A stretch of DNA of 48,878 nt, filler included, from Bipalium vagum (lineage: Eukaryota), in assembly GCA_037834085.1 (NCBI GenBank). It is 2 parts of 2 records of this genome, joined end to end, with 100 filler letters (N's around TTAATTAATTAA, not from the genome) between each part and the next. Parts side by side here need not be neighbours in the genome. Positions count along the whole stretch, not along the records: positions 1 to 27,756 come from JBBMKC010080598.1; 1 more part is not named here. One strand, given 5' to 3'. The position numbers and the translations under genes are program-made. The notes beneath the pieces were generated by a model. That model did no database searches. It had not been told where the DNA came from and worked only from the letters and a program-made list of their open reading frames with translations. This document shows, in pieces, positions 1 through 13,013 of the stretch (positions within the stretch are counted from its first letter, which is position 1; the number at the start of each line of letters is the position of its first letter).

Positions 1-2
1 AT

Positions 3-167
3 CACGGATCCAGCGACTCTCATCATATGGAGAATCATCATCATCATAGTGCACATTCAATGCCAAATCGTTCCCATGGTAGCAATCAAGTTTCTCCTCC
101 TCGGATGACACTGCATCACAATAACAACAACATCAATGACTTTACCGATGACGACTTTTTTCTATAA
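3..167 (+). CDS. Terminal coding exon (partial) of an unidentified gene; His/Asn-rich low-complexity C-terminus ending ...NDFTDDDFFL*
   Basis: Open frame from base 3 (HGSSDSHHMENHHHHSAHSMPNRSHGSNQVSPPRMTLHHNNNNINDFTDDDFFL) to TAA at 165-167. GC-richer than the flank and followed by an abrupt switch to AT-rich 3'UTR-like sequence. Confidence 0.6.
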   Translation, partial: HGSSDSHHMENHHHHSAHSMPNRSHGSNQVSPPRMTLHHNNNNINDFTDDDFFL

Positions 168-1873
168 ACACTTATAGAGCACATTTATAATATTAGATAA
201 TAATATATTATTACTTCTATTTTTTTGTTATTTTCTCAATTATTTCGATTTAAATTAATCTAAACAGAATAGAGTGAAATAGAAAAATGAGTGAAGATAA
301 AAGTGATGATTTTTGTCGATCTTTAATTATTTCTTTTTTCAAATGAATTGATGTATGTAAAAAGGAAAGAAGACTGTATTTTTAAAATTATTTTTTCTGA
401 TTGTTTATTCTATGCTTGGTTGGGAGTCATCAATTAAAAAGAAAAGAGGATAGGACAAGTAGTAGAGAAGATCATAGTTATCATACATGTCATTAGTTCG
501 GGTAGTGAGGAGAATTGTAATAAAAAAAAGAACTAATAGTAATAATTAATAATAAATTAAAATAAACTAATAATAATAAGGAAAAGAATACTTAAGGGCA
601 TATCCACAAGGCAGCGAGCAGGATATAAAATAATATTAATAAATTAATAAAAAATAATATTAAATAAACCTGTGGGAAGAATTTGTCCTGGTACCTGAAA
701 AAGAACCAAAATGAAAATAATAATGGACATAAAAACAACCTACACAAAATAAATAAGGATAAGTGGCATAAAGAAAAAATGGGTTTTGAGTACCAAAATA
801 ATATAAGTAAAATCAATAAGGGTGAATTGGTTTAATAATGTGCGAGGAAAAGACTTTTATGTTAATTATATCAGAATAATATATTTAATAGAATAATAAG
901 AATAATATAAATGATAATAACAATATCATAAATTAAAAAAAATATTAAAAAAATGGTAAAAATAATAGTAATATATATTAAATGGAATAATGAGAATAAT
1001 AGAAACAATAATAATAACACAAATTGTAAAAAATAATATCAATGATATCAGAAAAATACTAAAAATAAAATTAATAGTAGTGAGGAAGTAATGTGTAATA
1101 ATGGTAACAAGTATTAATGAGTAATTACGTCAAAAATTAAAATTGAGATAGGAAATGGCGCAAGTAATAATTATTACAACAACAGGAATAATGACGTCAA
1201 ATAGAAAAAAAGGAAAATGAAGTCATTTAAAAATACACCAATAACAATCGCAGGAACACTAGCACACATGATAAAAATAGTATAAATACCCAAAAGAAAA
1301 TCATAAAAATCGCCTTCAAAAATCTCTAACTGTTAGTTTATAATAACTAAACATTGGTGTTTTGAATAATAGAGTTTATTATAACTCGTTTAAAAGAGTA
1401 ACCTTGTCAGTGAATTATCATATTCACTTTAATTAAATAAATAATTAATTTTACAGAACGCGAATATAAGTTTAAGTTTTTGTCTTTATTCAATTAAATT
1501 TCCAGATTCTTCTTTTTATGTTTAATTCTAACAATTACGATCTTGTAAACTAGTTATCAGATTCGATATTTTACTTCAGGGCGTCTACACATTTATTAGT
1601 GTAGATTGATATCTTCTTTAATTAAATATTGTCATTTTGATTTTAGTAAAAGAAAAACCTTTTAAAAATTTGTAAAAAGTGTATTAAAAATAAAAGTTTT
1701 AAAAAAATCATTTTGTTGCCTTATTTGTGATCATTACACTACCTTAAGGAGTCAGATTAAGTTAAATTACACACACCCTCACCTTCACTAAACTTAACAC
1801 TTGATAAGTTTTATTTTTTAATCAAAGATTAAAATAATTAAAACATTAAAAACAGACTTTGCCAGTTTTGGTT

Positions 1874-2090
1874 TCAAAAACTCATTTCTTCAAATTTTTT
1901 CTTGTCGCATTTTCTAGTAATGTCCAAAGGACACTTCATGTCGACCAGAAGTATGGTTTTATTGTTGATATTTGTGATCAATAAGTCAACTCGACCTGTT
2001 GAATTTGGAATCTCTTTGCAAGTGGTGTCCTTAGTATTGATAATGTTTGGAGACATAATGGAATCGATTTTGGAATTTGTGCAGATGTGT
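1874..2090 (-). mobile_element. Relic of a restriction-like endonuclease (RLE) domain of an R2/NeSL/R4-type non-LTR retrotransposon
   Basis: GRVDLLITNINNKTILLVDMKCP resembles the RLE motif (K/R)PD-hh-x(n)-hhhDhxxP. Confidence 0.45.
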
Positions 2091-2749
2091 TTTAGCCAAA
2101 GATAAGCTGCAGGTACATACATCATTGCCTTAAATTCTACATGACCTTTGGGCTTAAAAGGCCGATAATGAAGTGTTACTGTATTGGTATGAGCTTTATG
2201 TATAAAATTAAAAAACATGAACCAAGGTTACTTCTGAAGATCATTTTGTTAATTCAAGATAATTTAAACGTGTCACCACATCGGAATCAGTTATAGCACT
2301 GGCTCCCACTTATGAAGAGTGTAGTATCAATATTTTCTTCAAAGGCCATCAGGATACCCAAAAAAGAGTGATTTCCGAAGTCAGAGTCGAACTCGGAATT
2401 ATGAGCCATCGACGCCGCCATCATCCCACTCATCAATATATTCCCAGAAACGTTCGCTATATCTCTGATATATTTAAACCCTCTCCTCTATTTCTTCTCA
2501 ATAATTTGCTACAAAATCACTTCCCGTAATCACAAAAAATATTTTTCTCTTTATCACCAAAATCTTATTTATAATAATAATCACTACAAAAAATGTTTAT
2601 CACAACAAAAATATCTCAGATAGAAACCGCTTTTGGTTCGAAAACCTTTGTTAACCTTTTTAAAAAAATCAAAATCATTTTCCATTGGAAATAAAACCAA
2701 ACCAGCTATGTCTGATTTCATAAAACAAAAAATATATTAAAAACTACAG

Positions 2750-3050
2750 TTACTCTAATAACTGGAAGCAGAATGAAATTAATTTAAAATATTTTCTTTT
2801 TAGTAATGGTTCTTCACAATATGTAAATCTAAATGAATCGATCAAAAAATCAAGCCTCATATCACAAAACCAAAAAACTCTTCTTTCAAATAATGGATGC
2901 TCGGAGCACAACTCTTATTTGATAAGCCTATTGGAAAGAATTAAACTAGACAATCTTGAATAACATATTCGCTGGCACCATCTAGCTGACACTTTCGGAA
3001 GTATTCCTCTGGAGCTTATCTGGCTGACTCTTAGTAAGATTGTATGTTCC
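2750..3050 (+). mobile_element. Degraded reverse transcriptase fragment of an RLE-clade (NeSL/Utopia/R4-like) non-LTR retrotransposon
   Basis: From about 2853: SLISQNQKTLLSNNGCSEHNSYLISLLERIKLDNLE*HIRWHHLADTFGSIPLELIWLTL, which matches QKGF...GCxEH...WLDLxxAFGSVPH. Contains an in-frame stop. Confidence 0.7.
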
Positions 3051-3111
3051 TCTACCTTATTAAAAAAACCACGCACCAATTTCATTCATATTTATTATAT
3101 ATATAAAAATA

Positions 3112-4620
3112 TACTGGTTGACATAATTATTTATACTACGATTAAAAAATGTTAATTAACTGTTTACTTTTATAAAAATGAATACGAAACCTGAAATATG
3201 ATAACTTGATGTATTTATTTGTTAAGGATATTCAAATAGGTTAATTAAAATTATTTTGTTTATATAATTTGCAATATTTATAATTTATGCTCACAATTTA
3301 AAGGACATAATTATTTATACCGTAAGTAGTTTTGATAATTAAATTCAAAAATTATAACTTTAAATAGATGTATTCTAAAGAAATTAAGAGAACGACAATT
3401 GAATTAAGAAAAAATGGCAAGACATATACAGAAATTGGAAAGATTTTAGGATTAACGAAGTCTGCAATTTAAAATTTAATTAATTATCAAAAATTTTGGC
3501 ACGAAAAGAAACAAGGTCCCAAATTCAAAATAAATTAAAAAAATTCAACAATCTTACGGCGGCATATATCAAAAGAAAACGAAAATGGTATTAAAGTGAA
3601 TGCCAACACCATTCTTAGAAATAATAATTTAACAGTCTCTGCAAGAACCGTTTCCAGATGGTTGTAGCGACATAATTTCCATTACCAAAAGGAAGCACAA
3701 CGTATCATAACACAAGGTTGACAGAATTTTTAAAGTATCTTCATGGAAATCCACAAATATTGTATGGGAAAATACTGCTTTTGTTGACGAAAAGGGGTTC
3801 TCCTTAGATAGTTTTAAATATTATTGCAATATTATTTTAATCCATGAAAATGAAAATAAGGTTTATATACAATGCTGGGGGAAACGTTTTATGCCGTCAG
3901 CGAAGACAAAAAGGAGGTGGTGGATTGATGTACTTTTGCATCACTTTTCCTAATGACCTAATTTTACTTCGTGAGTTAGTAGGTATTCAGAAAGGTGAGG
4001 AATACAAAGCAACATTCAATACCTTAATTGTGCCATCAATTTGTTTGAATATAGGAAATCCAGCAAACTTGGTGCAAGATAATTGCCGGATACACACCAG
4101 AATCGCTCAAGAATGTTATCAGACCAACGATATAAATATCATCGACTGGCCTTCGAGGTCACCAGACATTAACATAGTAGAAAACGTTTGGAAGTTGCTC
4201 AGTGACTTTGTTTATGCTGAGAAGCAGCCGAAAAACCTACTTGGACTGCGACAGAAAATCAATCAGGCTGCAGATATGATAAATAACACAAAATGATATG
4301 TTATTATTAATCTGTATAAATCTTTTAGAAGTAGGTTGGTCAATGTGTTGATTAAAAAAGTAAATACAATTAATTAAGCTTTTCTTTCTTTTCTTTTCAT
4401 AAGATACTGTAGTGGTATAAAAAGTTATGTCCTTTATTTTATTATTGATAATCAAAATTACAAAATAATTTACAAAATTATATATTTCCAATTTAGAAAT
4501 ATATATCAGTACGTAGGAGATTACAACAGACATTTTTAAAATTGAACCAACAGCAAATTCCTTAATTGAGATAAATTCACTTAAAGAAACAATAAGTATA
4601 AATAATTATGTTTACCAGTA
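3112..4620 (+). mobile_element. Tc1-family (DD34E-type) transposon, near full length, decayed, with IR/DR-type termini
   Basis: Ends TACTGGTTGACATAATTATTTATAC (3112) and GTATAAATAATTATGTTTACCAGTA (to 4620), each flanked by TA. Inner copies of GACATAATTATTTATAC at about 3304 and inverted at about 4415-4431. Transposase motifs FVDEKGFSLD (about 3780), VQDNCRIH and WPSRSPDINIVENVW (ORF 3844-4296). Confidence 0.9.
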
Positions 4621-5251
4621 TATTTTAGATTAGAGTACAACCCCAATACTATCATGTAGGTAAACACACAACCTCAATCCAAATAAATGGCTTTGATTGA
4701 CTGGTTTAAAATGGTTCGGACGGGTTCATATATCTCTACAAAGCAATCTCTAAGATATTACTGATATAATTCAACAAAAACTTTTTAAACTCAACTTTAA
4801 AATGTTTAAATCTCAAGAATTTTAACAAACATAAAATATTTTAAAAACCCAATCCATAAATCCATTTGGTTCTGGAATTAAAAATTGATTAAAACCTAAT
4901 GAAAATTATTTTCCGTAACATTATATATCGTATAAAGTATTATTAAGTAATATTTTATATTTTTTATTAAAATTTATCAAAAGTAACTCTAAAAGTAATT
5001 AATATTATCAAGTTTCTAAGTTTTTCAAATCTACCAAATCACCTAGTTAAGTAAAGGCGCTCAGTTTTTATTTTAATGTCGTTAGTTGTATTTCTTAATA
5101 TTGTTGATTTTGTTAATCTGAAATGAAATTATTCACTTTCAAAAGAGCGCTAATTTAAATTATGCCTTATCAATTTACGTATTATGATTAGTTGAAAACA
5201 ATAATCGATTCTGATAGTCAATTATCATCTCGAGTTTTTATTTTTAGAATA

Positions 5252-5561
5252 ATGGGAGTGTTTTGGTCCTATGGGATAAACTGTGACAAGAAAACAATAA
5301 AGAAATTGATTGATAATGAAACTTGGTTTGGAGCCACCCTGATTGAATACAACACATTATCCACAATGAAACACAAAGATTGGAATAGTACTATACCAAG
5401 AATGTCGAAAACCGTTACTTCTAAGTCCAATGTAACACCGGCCAAAATCTTTTTCAATAACATGAAAAAATGCTTCGGCCGAATCAGCGTCAACAATAAC
5501 TGCATAATATTTCAAGGAGTCAATTGCAACGTGTTGCTCAATATCATTATCGCTAACCAAG
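5252..5561 (+). CDS. FRS2: FRS2-like adaptor, exon 1: N-myristoylation start and N-terminal half of the IRS-type PTB domain
   Basis: ATG at 5252 gives MGVFWS (MGxxxS). ETWFGATLIE and CFGRISVNNNCIIFQ align by eye to FRS2 NKFKVINVD and GSGIMELTDTELILY. Donor CAAG|GTAAAC is phase 1, matching the 14615 acceptor. A pyrimidine tract and AG lie 4 nt upstream of the ATG. Confidence 0.65.
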
Positions 5562-6207
5562 GTAAACATTTTAAGATTATTTCATTGTTTGTTGCTGTTG
5601 TTGTTGTAAAGCAAAATCTTCATTTCACTTAACGTTTGTTGGTGGTCCAACATTTGTCGACGGAAACATTCACTGTAGAAATCTCAAATAAATTATAATT
5701 CCGTGTACCTTTGACTTGAAAATGACACACGTACACAAACACTCTTACAAATACAAACGCGCACACGAACACTTTGAGTTTAACACACGTCCCCTGGTTT
5801 TGTTCAGCACACACTGACGGAAAACTTTTGCAGTGATTGACAAATCCTTTACTTCTGCCACGAAGCGTTCTACATGAGTGAACTCGCAGGAAATGATTCA
5901 AATTCAAACTTTTGGAAATTTGTCGAATACAAATTTGTGTGATGACTGAACCAATGTGCAAAACTCGGGACATTGTACTTTCGAGATTGGTTAATTATAT
6001 AATGCAATTGTTATGAATCTGCCCGTTACATTAGTTCCACTTAACTGAAACATGAATTATCATAACAATATTATTCAAAAATTCAGTAAGGGTTTTTCTT
6101 GACACATTCTTATGTAATATTTGTTGTAGGGCTAAAAATTCTTAGACTATCAGAAATAATCGAATCAACTTAAAGGTATTTTAACAATACGAATATATTT
6201 GTAGGTC

Positions 6208-7103
6208 TCATTTCTCAACACAACCGCCGTTTATATTGACCTACTTTTTCGTATCTGAAGCGTATTTTTAAGACATTTTTTATCCTTCTCCGTGAGAAAT
6301 TTCGACACATTATCCTACATATCATTCTTTGAAAGAAACTTGTGGCTGCGAATATGTTACTTCAGATGGCTGAACAACAAAAAATCAATTTGTGTAAGAT
6401 CTGAACTGTACGGAGGATGAACCAGCTGAACTAATGCAGCTTTTGTCGATGTGTCTTGTGTTTCCTTGTATGTGTGAATAGAAGCGTTATAATGGATCAA
6501 GTATGAGGTTACTGTAATAAATGAATTTAAGATTTCTAACTCAAAAGACTTCAACATGACACATTTACGATGCAAATTTCCCAGAAGCAAGACGTTTGAT
6601 GACTTCTTATTCAACAATCCATTCCTTTGGCTTTCTTTTTAGAATAAGGAAGATAAAGACTCAATGATGAGTCGTCTGTAGTTATTATTTTTTAAAAAAA
6701 TCGGTCCAACTGCAGTCACAGGACAAACATTCCTTTTACAGAGATCATTTTTCGCCAAGCCATCATCTTAGGTGTTAAAAACCTCGATTAGAACTAGTTA
6801 AATAGGTTTCGAATTCCCATTGGGTCTTGAAGCAGCTTATTGGTTCTTTTGCAAACATCTAGCCTCTCAAACTGCTGCGTTTGAGGAATTTTTCGTTCAT
6901 TTGTCACAATATCTTTGTCTTTGGTTGCATCGAAAACACATCTTCAACCAGATGAAAATTCTCGAATCTAGTTATAAATATTCACCTGAGATAGTTCTTC
7001 TTCACCTGTATACCTCTTGAAGCTAATTAATAATTTCCTGCTTGTCTGATACTTTGAAAAGTAAAAAACGGATCAAACTGCGAAATTTAACATTTCTGAA
7101 CAT
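6208..7103 (-). mobile_element. Decayed mariner (DD34D) transposase
   Basis: N-terminus MFRNVKFRSLIRFL at about 7103; HYNASIH...HPPYSSDLTQIDFLLFSHLK (ORF 6357-6617); C-terminus NGGCVEK* at about 6208; many frameshifts. Confidence 0.85.
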
Positions 7104-7667
7104 TTTGATGAATTAATCAAATCCAGTCAAACAAAAATGTGAATATTTAAACCAATCTTATATTTCATACTTATTTTTTGTGATTGGAATTTTATGTGCA
7201 CAATTTTATTTAGGTATCTTCAATCTTTCTGGTAGAGTCTAACCACTTTTTATGCTTATCGCGCGGGTGTACTTTCGTTTTCCTCTGCATTTTATGTTTT
7301 GAATTTTATTTTTCAATTACACAAATTAATTATTTTTCAAACAGATTTTAGAATAACAGAAAAATAATCCATTAAAAGTTCGATGCAAAACAGATAAATC
7401 GAAATTAATGATAATTAAATGATTATTTAATTGAAAATTGATTTTAAATTATTAAATGTGAAACTATAACATAATTTCGTATTCTAAAGTAATTAATTAA
7501 ACGGAGAATCACATTAATTCGGAAATAATCCTTGTGACCACGGTGCAACGATGAAAATGGTAAGTATTAATGCACTTTATGAAAAGTCACAGGACATTCG
7601 GAAGTACCAAAAATAGTTCAATAGAGTTAGGAGAGGAAGCGATGATCTTGAAGTATTCCGGTTGTAG

Positions 7668-8020
7668 ATTCTAAGCTGTTTTGTCACATTGAAACAGTTG
7701 AAAATGTTGAACGTCGGTGAAAATCTGCTGGAAGAAGTTAACATTTTATTAAACGAATTCTTCATATTTTCTGCGATGTGAAAGAATCACAGAGGTCGTC
7801 TAGATATAACTTGATTTTAGACTTCAATAAAAATAAATTGATTTTTCAGGTTTTCACAACAGATATTTATTCTCTTTGTTAAAACTATGGTGATAAAATA
7901 ATTTTCAGAGTTAATATAATTTTAAAGATGAGATTCCTGGAAGAAAACTTGTTATCTTTTTTTCATGAACTTGACAAGGTTCTTCTGTTAAAACGTGCAC
8001 GTTATTCAACATAATTTATA
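7668..8020 (+). pseudogene. Leucine-rich-repeat gene remnant nested in FRS2 intron 1
   Basis: tgtag|ILSCFVTLKQLKMLNVGENLLEE|gt is a 69-nt exon-like unit (7668-7736) fitting LxxLxxLxhxxNxL. Degenerate LRRs follow (VFTTDIYSLC*, LKMRFLEENLLS) with stops and frameshifts. Confidence 0.4.
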
Positions 8021-9475
8021 AACCCTTTTGTTGTTCAGACTTTTTTCAATTTGTGTAACAGTCAGATAATGCGACTTTGAAATTCATATGGAAAATAATA
8101 AATAGAAAATATTTTTTATTATAATTTTCTTTTCTTTTAAAGGGAAATACTTTTTAAATTACATTTTCCTGCACTTCTGATTTTTTGATTCTTTTATCTT
8201 ATTTTCCTTTTTTAATTAGTGCTCGCTTTTTCAAAATTATCATCTTTTATTTGAAACATCTTTGAATTCCTGAGGTATTTTTAAAATTTTTGTTTTAAAT
8301 TTATTAATCATTTACTTTTGTTTTTTACATAGGAATATCAGCAGAGTAAAATTGGCTAGTAGAGACCACACCCAACCATAAATCTCACTCTACTACAAGA
8401 TTAGATCATCATTTATATATCTTTATTATTATATCCAATAATCAATTTATTTTATTAGAAAATTGATTAAAAATGATATTTTAAAGTTAAGGATTTTAAT
8501 GAAGATGATATATTAAGATTGCAGATTTTTCATTTGTAACAGGAGAGAAAGATTATAAAATAATATTAACAATTGTTGATTTATAACAATAAATGCCTTT
8601 TTTGTTCCTTTAAAAAAATAAAACTGGGAAATCTGTAGCATATGCTTTTGATAAAGTATTTGGAGATTGCCAAAGAAAACCTAAATAACTTTATTTGGCA
8701 TCGCCAACTTCGAAATATTGCACGTACTCCATCGACTACCGATAAAAATGAGTTAGTTTCTGTTACCCATTTAGTAATACTACATTGAAATGTAACATGG
8801 TGGTTAGATTAACGCACTTATAAATAAGAATAAAAATAAAAATAATAATAATTTTAAAATATTATTTATTTTTCATTATGATACTATTTATATTTTTCTC
8901 TCCTTTTACTTTTTAAAATTTTTTTTATTTTATTTAATAAATGAATTTTATTTCAAAACTTTTTTTATAAATAACTTTCATTAATTAATTAAATTAATTA
9001 ATTAAATTAATTAATTAGTGTGAATGCATAATTGCCTTTTCTTTTCATTTTGCTCCAACTCATTGCACCACAGTCACATTTCTGAAAGAATTTTCTAAGT
9101 CTTAAAGGTTATGGTAAAATCAATATCTCCGTGCAACGAATGCATTAAATGAATTAACAATCACCAACTCTTGACTGAAAGCAATCGTTTTATTTCAATT
9201 GTTTCAACTGTTCAGTCTTGGTCTGGCAAGGAGACAATGGTTACAATGTTTTCTGCTTTATAGTAACAACTGTAAATATGAATTCTCTGGTTTTTTGGCT
9301 TTTCTGCCAGCATTTACGATCTTTGTGGACCTTGTCTAAGGTTTTGAGGAAAGGAATTGGTTCTATTATTTCAAAAAAAATTACAGTGATAGGTCTGGAA
9401 AATATAATTTCATTTTTTACAACAATAATTAAACAAAAACAAAATCGATTGATTTAGAAGCCAGAATAATTTAAT

Positions 9476-9615
9476 AAAATAATAATAATAATAATAATAA
9501 TCATAATAATAATAATAAAATTTTAATATTCATAATAATAACAATAATAATAAAATTTTAATATTCATAATAATAATAGTAATAAATATTATTAATAATA
9601 TTAATATTAATTAAT
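9476..9615. repeat. (AAT)n microsatellite containing a short internal duplication
   Basis: AAT runs, with AATAATAATAAAATTTTAATATTCATAATAATA present twice. Similar AAT tracts at about 12910-13013, 14545-14605, 17940-18010 and 42640-42715. Confidence 0.9.
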
Positions 9616-9757
9616 TAAAAATTAATTTCTTGTTATTTTGTCACAAGAGATATTTTTCTTTATTTTATATATCATAAATATATATTAAGAGGAGCTTATT
9701 AAAACAAATGTGATAATAATAATTATTATTATATTGATCAATGCGCATTTAACCGAT

Positions 9758-9840
9758 AAAATATATAGACCATTTGTGTAAATATTATAAATTTTTAAAT
9801 CTTATTGCACGTCAAATATAATAATTTTTTTAAAATAATA
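9758..9840 (+). repeat. ~83-bp dispersed direct repeat, copy 1 (copy 2 at 13356-13437)
   Basis: Both copies share CCATTTGTGTAAATATTATAA...AATCTTATTGCA.GTCA...TTTTTAAAATAATA. Confidence 0.75.
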
Positions 9841-9949
9841 TAAATATTCGTGCACACTGCAATATGACATATAATGGTTCAAGGGGTGAATACGTCCGTT
9901 GGGTTTGCAAGACGGAGACTGAAATAATTATTTTATTAATATAGAATTT

Positions 9950-10800
9950 AATCAGTGATCACCTGCGATCTTCTCACCAGGTTTATTGTTTAAAGGTTGT
10001 AAAATTGCATGGAAGTTTACAAGGAAAATTATTGAAGACATCTTCTTTTGTTATTGAATGTTCTCCACCTCAGGAATTTCTACAGAAATCAATGTAAATG
10101 GAAAATCCACGACTCGGGTGAGATCAAGAAAAGATTTATGCTAACCCATCCACATATATATGATCATATAATCACTTCTGACTACTTGTGCTCTTGTGAT
10201 TTGCCCAATCTGGAACCCCTTTACCCTATTTTCATATCCATGTTTTTCAATTGCAGCCATTACACATAAAAAATCCTTTTTTGTAATTCATAGCACTTAG
10301 AGGTACAGATAACCATAAAAATCCTAAAAATTGAAACAGTGATCTCCTTGAACAGGACAGTTTTAGCGAGTCGTTTGCCAAATACAAATATTATTCACAC
10401 AGACATCGATTTTCGCAATTGATGAAACAATTGGGACGATTTACTAATTTGACTGCGTCCTGAGAAGAATGTGACCCGAAGAAGAAAACAAAAGAATTCA
10501 TTGACAACCCAATTTTAGTTGACAAAGTTTTGTTAATTGAGCAGGATAAAATCTCGTGAACATTAAGATTCTTTTGGAACTGGTTCAGATAAATATGAGC
10601 TAATTCTTATTAAAATTTTTGAAGATCAATAAAAATGTTCTCCACACTTATTATTGTAAAATTGATAAAGAAAGTAACCCCAATGTTGCTAATCTCTTTA
10701 TTCATAAAGAATTATTTACTCTAAAAGTCCTTCAGTAATCCTTTATTAACTCCTGGGCCAATTATTGTCTTGGTCTGAAGGTTATTTAATTTTCAGTTGC
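9950..10800 (-). mobile_element. Very decayed APE-type (RTE-like) non-LTR retrotransposon fragment
   Basis: Scattered minus-strand motif echoes in the expected order: IGVTFFI (GVGFLI), STKIG (FNAKIG), GDH (SDH), AILQPLNNKPG (AIxxLKNNKAPG). Weak. Confidence 0.3.
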
Positions 10801-11378
10801 AACTAACCATTTGTGCATTCTCTCAATGGGAGCACATAACTATTATTGTTAGGAGGCCAAAAAGAGTTTACTGAGACGCCGAATCACCACTATAAAAATA
10901 AGGAAGAACGATGCCGAGTGTCGACCTGCACCACTAGTCCCAAGCAACCAGCCTATCAAGTTTTGAATATAATCCATTGGATGCAAATTGCGATTGATAA
11001 TATTGAAATCATTTTTCGACAAATCAAAAATCAATAGTTCTACTGGAGCTTTGATTTTTGTAGGTCCGTTGCTTCTAAATCTCGAACGTACAAAAATTTT
11101 ATTTTTTACAGCATATCACAACAATTTTCCAATCGGAAAATCCACGTACATTACGCAGAGCCTTTGAATTTTGGATTCTTCTATAACCAAACTTCTCTCT
11201 TCTTACTTGATCTTCGTTCAACCCTCCACTTTTACATCTATCTTCAGCTTTGAGTTGTTTCTAAAACTCGTACAGCATGCCGCGTACTTTGTCAGTTTTC
11301 ACATTTAAACCGTAATGTTTGAAACGAACGGAGTGAGGATTTAAAATTTAATTATTTAGTAAACTCAACGATCGATAA

Positions 11379-12243
11379 TAAGGGGTGTGCATAATGCAAA
11401 CATCCGATTTTAAAATGTGATACCGTAACATATATAGTCCGCATAAAGCTGCAGATTTTTGACAGAGAAACATTTATTCATTATTTTTCGACGGAAAGAC
11501 TTTAATGAACTTATGTGGGCAATTATAAAAGTCGTTCAGAACATTTTGACACATTTCTCGTGATATTCTCGATAGTTCCATTTTAATAATATCTTTTAGA
11601 TCTTGGACATCTTCGGTTTTCTTCTATACATCCGTGTCTTCTGGTGTCCACAAAGGAAATAATCAAGTGTTGTTGTGTTTTGAAGAAAAGATTGATTATT
11701 GTCGATTTCATTAAGTAGGCCTCCGCTCACTGCTCTTCTTTCAGTATAGTCTTTGTCATATAACTTAAGGATAATGTTGAGCTTGTCTTGATAAAGTTGA
11801 AGAACTTTTCGTACTACATTGTGTACAGCTTAAAAACTGTATCCAGCTTTCTTAACAGCAGTTCTCAGGTGCTTCTTCATAAAACTGGCTTATTTTGTAT
11901 ACTTTTTCATCGTCCATTAATGGTCTTTGAATTTTGAGAATATCTTCCTCTTTGTCATCGATGTAGGTATCCTTTTCCATTTCAGGTGTTCTAACTAATG
12001 TGACTCATTCCATCTCAGCTTTCAGTAAAACAATTTGCACTCTTTCTTCAATGGAGAACATTATTAAAATGGGAATTGATTGTAATTAAAATCGATAATA
12101 TCGATTTATTAAAAAAAATTAAACAAAAACAATTAATCTCAGAAATTCTCTTTCTTAGAAAAATGTCAATTAAATCTACTTAATTGTGATACATATATTG
12201 TGCTGAGTTCCAAAATCGATACTTACTTTATGCACACCCTGTA
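11379..12243 (-). mobile_element. Internally deleted Tc1/mariner-superfamily element (rosa/Tc3-like, CAGGGTG termini)
   Basis: TIR pair AGGGGTGTGCATAA (11381) and TTATGCACACCCTGTA (to 12243). Minus-strand N-terminus MFSIEERVQIVLLKAE at about 12061; catalytic region mostly missing. Confidence 0.75.
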
Positions 12244-13013
12244 TACATTGGTGATTTCTACTTATCTCTATTGATCATAATATATCTATTTCTAATTTTT
12301 ATTTCATCTATCATGTCCCCTTTAGCACTTTGTCAGCCCTAATAATCCTCTCATGTTACAAACGTAACTCCTATCGAACAAAAAGACCAGTTTTCCCAAT
12401 TCAAAACATTCATGTCAAATGAAGTTGTGTATGATAACCAAGGCACTATTTACTTATAAGCGAATTCGTGTCACCTTGCTCCACTTCGTTTGCTAGTTAC
12501 ACCGGATAATGTCGAACAGGGTTCACCCCCATCATCGTCATGACTATTTCATTTTAATCCATATTAAAGCAACCGTTGTTGATCATAATAAAATTCGTTT
12601 CACATTAACATTAATAAATGATAATCATTCATTTTGTGAGTTTTTCAAAACAGCCAGGTCTTAGATTGACAGTAATGTGATATAAACACCGTTTTGCATT
12701 TCAGTTGCCTTGTGGAATTTGATCATGATTTACAGCATGATGAAAATCGGTAATTGAAACACTATCATATCTCTAGGGTTTTGCATTCAACACCTTTCAC
12801 GAAGCAGAATCGATTTTAGCGAAGGTTACAAAAGTGAAAAGAAACAGAAATAAAAAATAGACAAGGGAACCATAGGGGTGAATTCTGCTTTTTTTAAAAA
12901 ATTAATTATAATATATAATGATAATAATAACATCATAATAATAAAATAGTAATATAATATTATTATTAAAATAATATATAATAATAATATTATATTATAA
13001 CAATATTATAATA

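Noticed and set aside
592-816. Hydrophobic 74-aa ORF resembling a membrane or mitochondrial protein
   Set aside because: Product of A-rich low-complexity sequence read on the T-rich strand.
5269-5973. Minus-strand ORFs 5269-5505, 5357-5569 and 5629-5973
   Set aside because: Antisense shadows of FRS2 exon 1 and CA-rich intron sequence, with no recognisable motifs.
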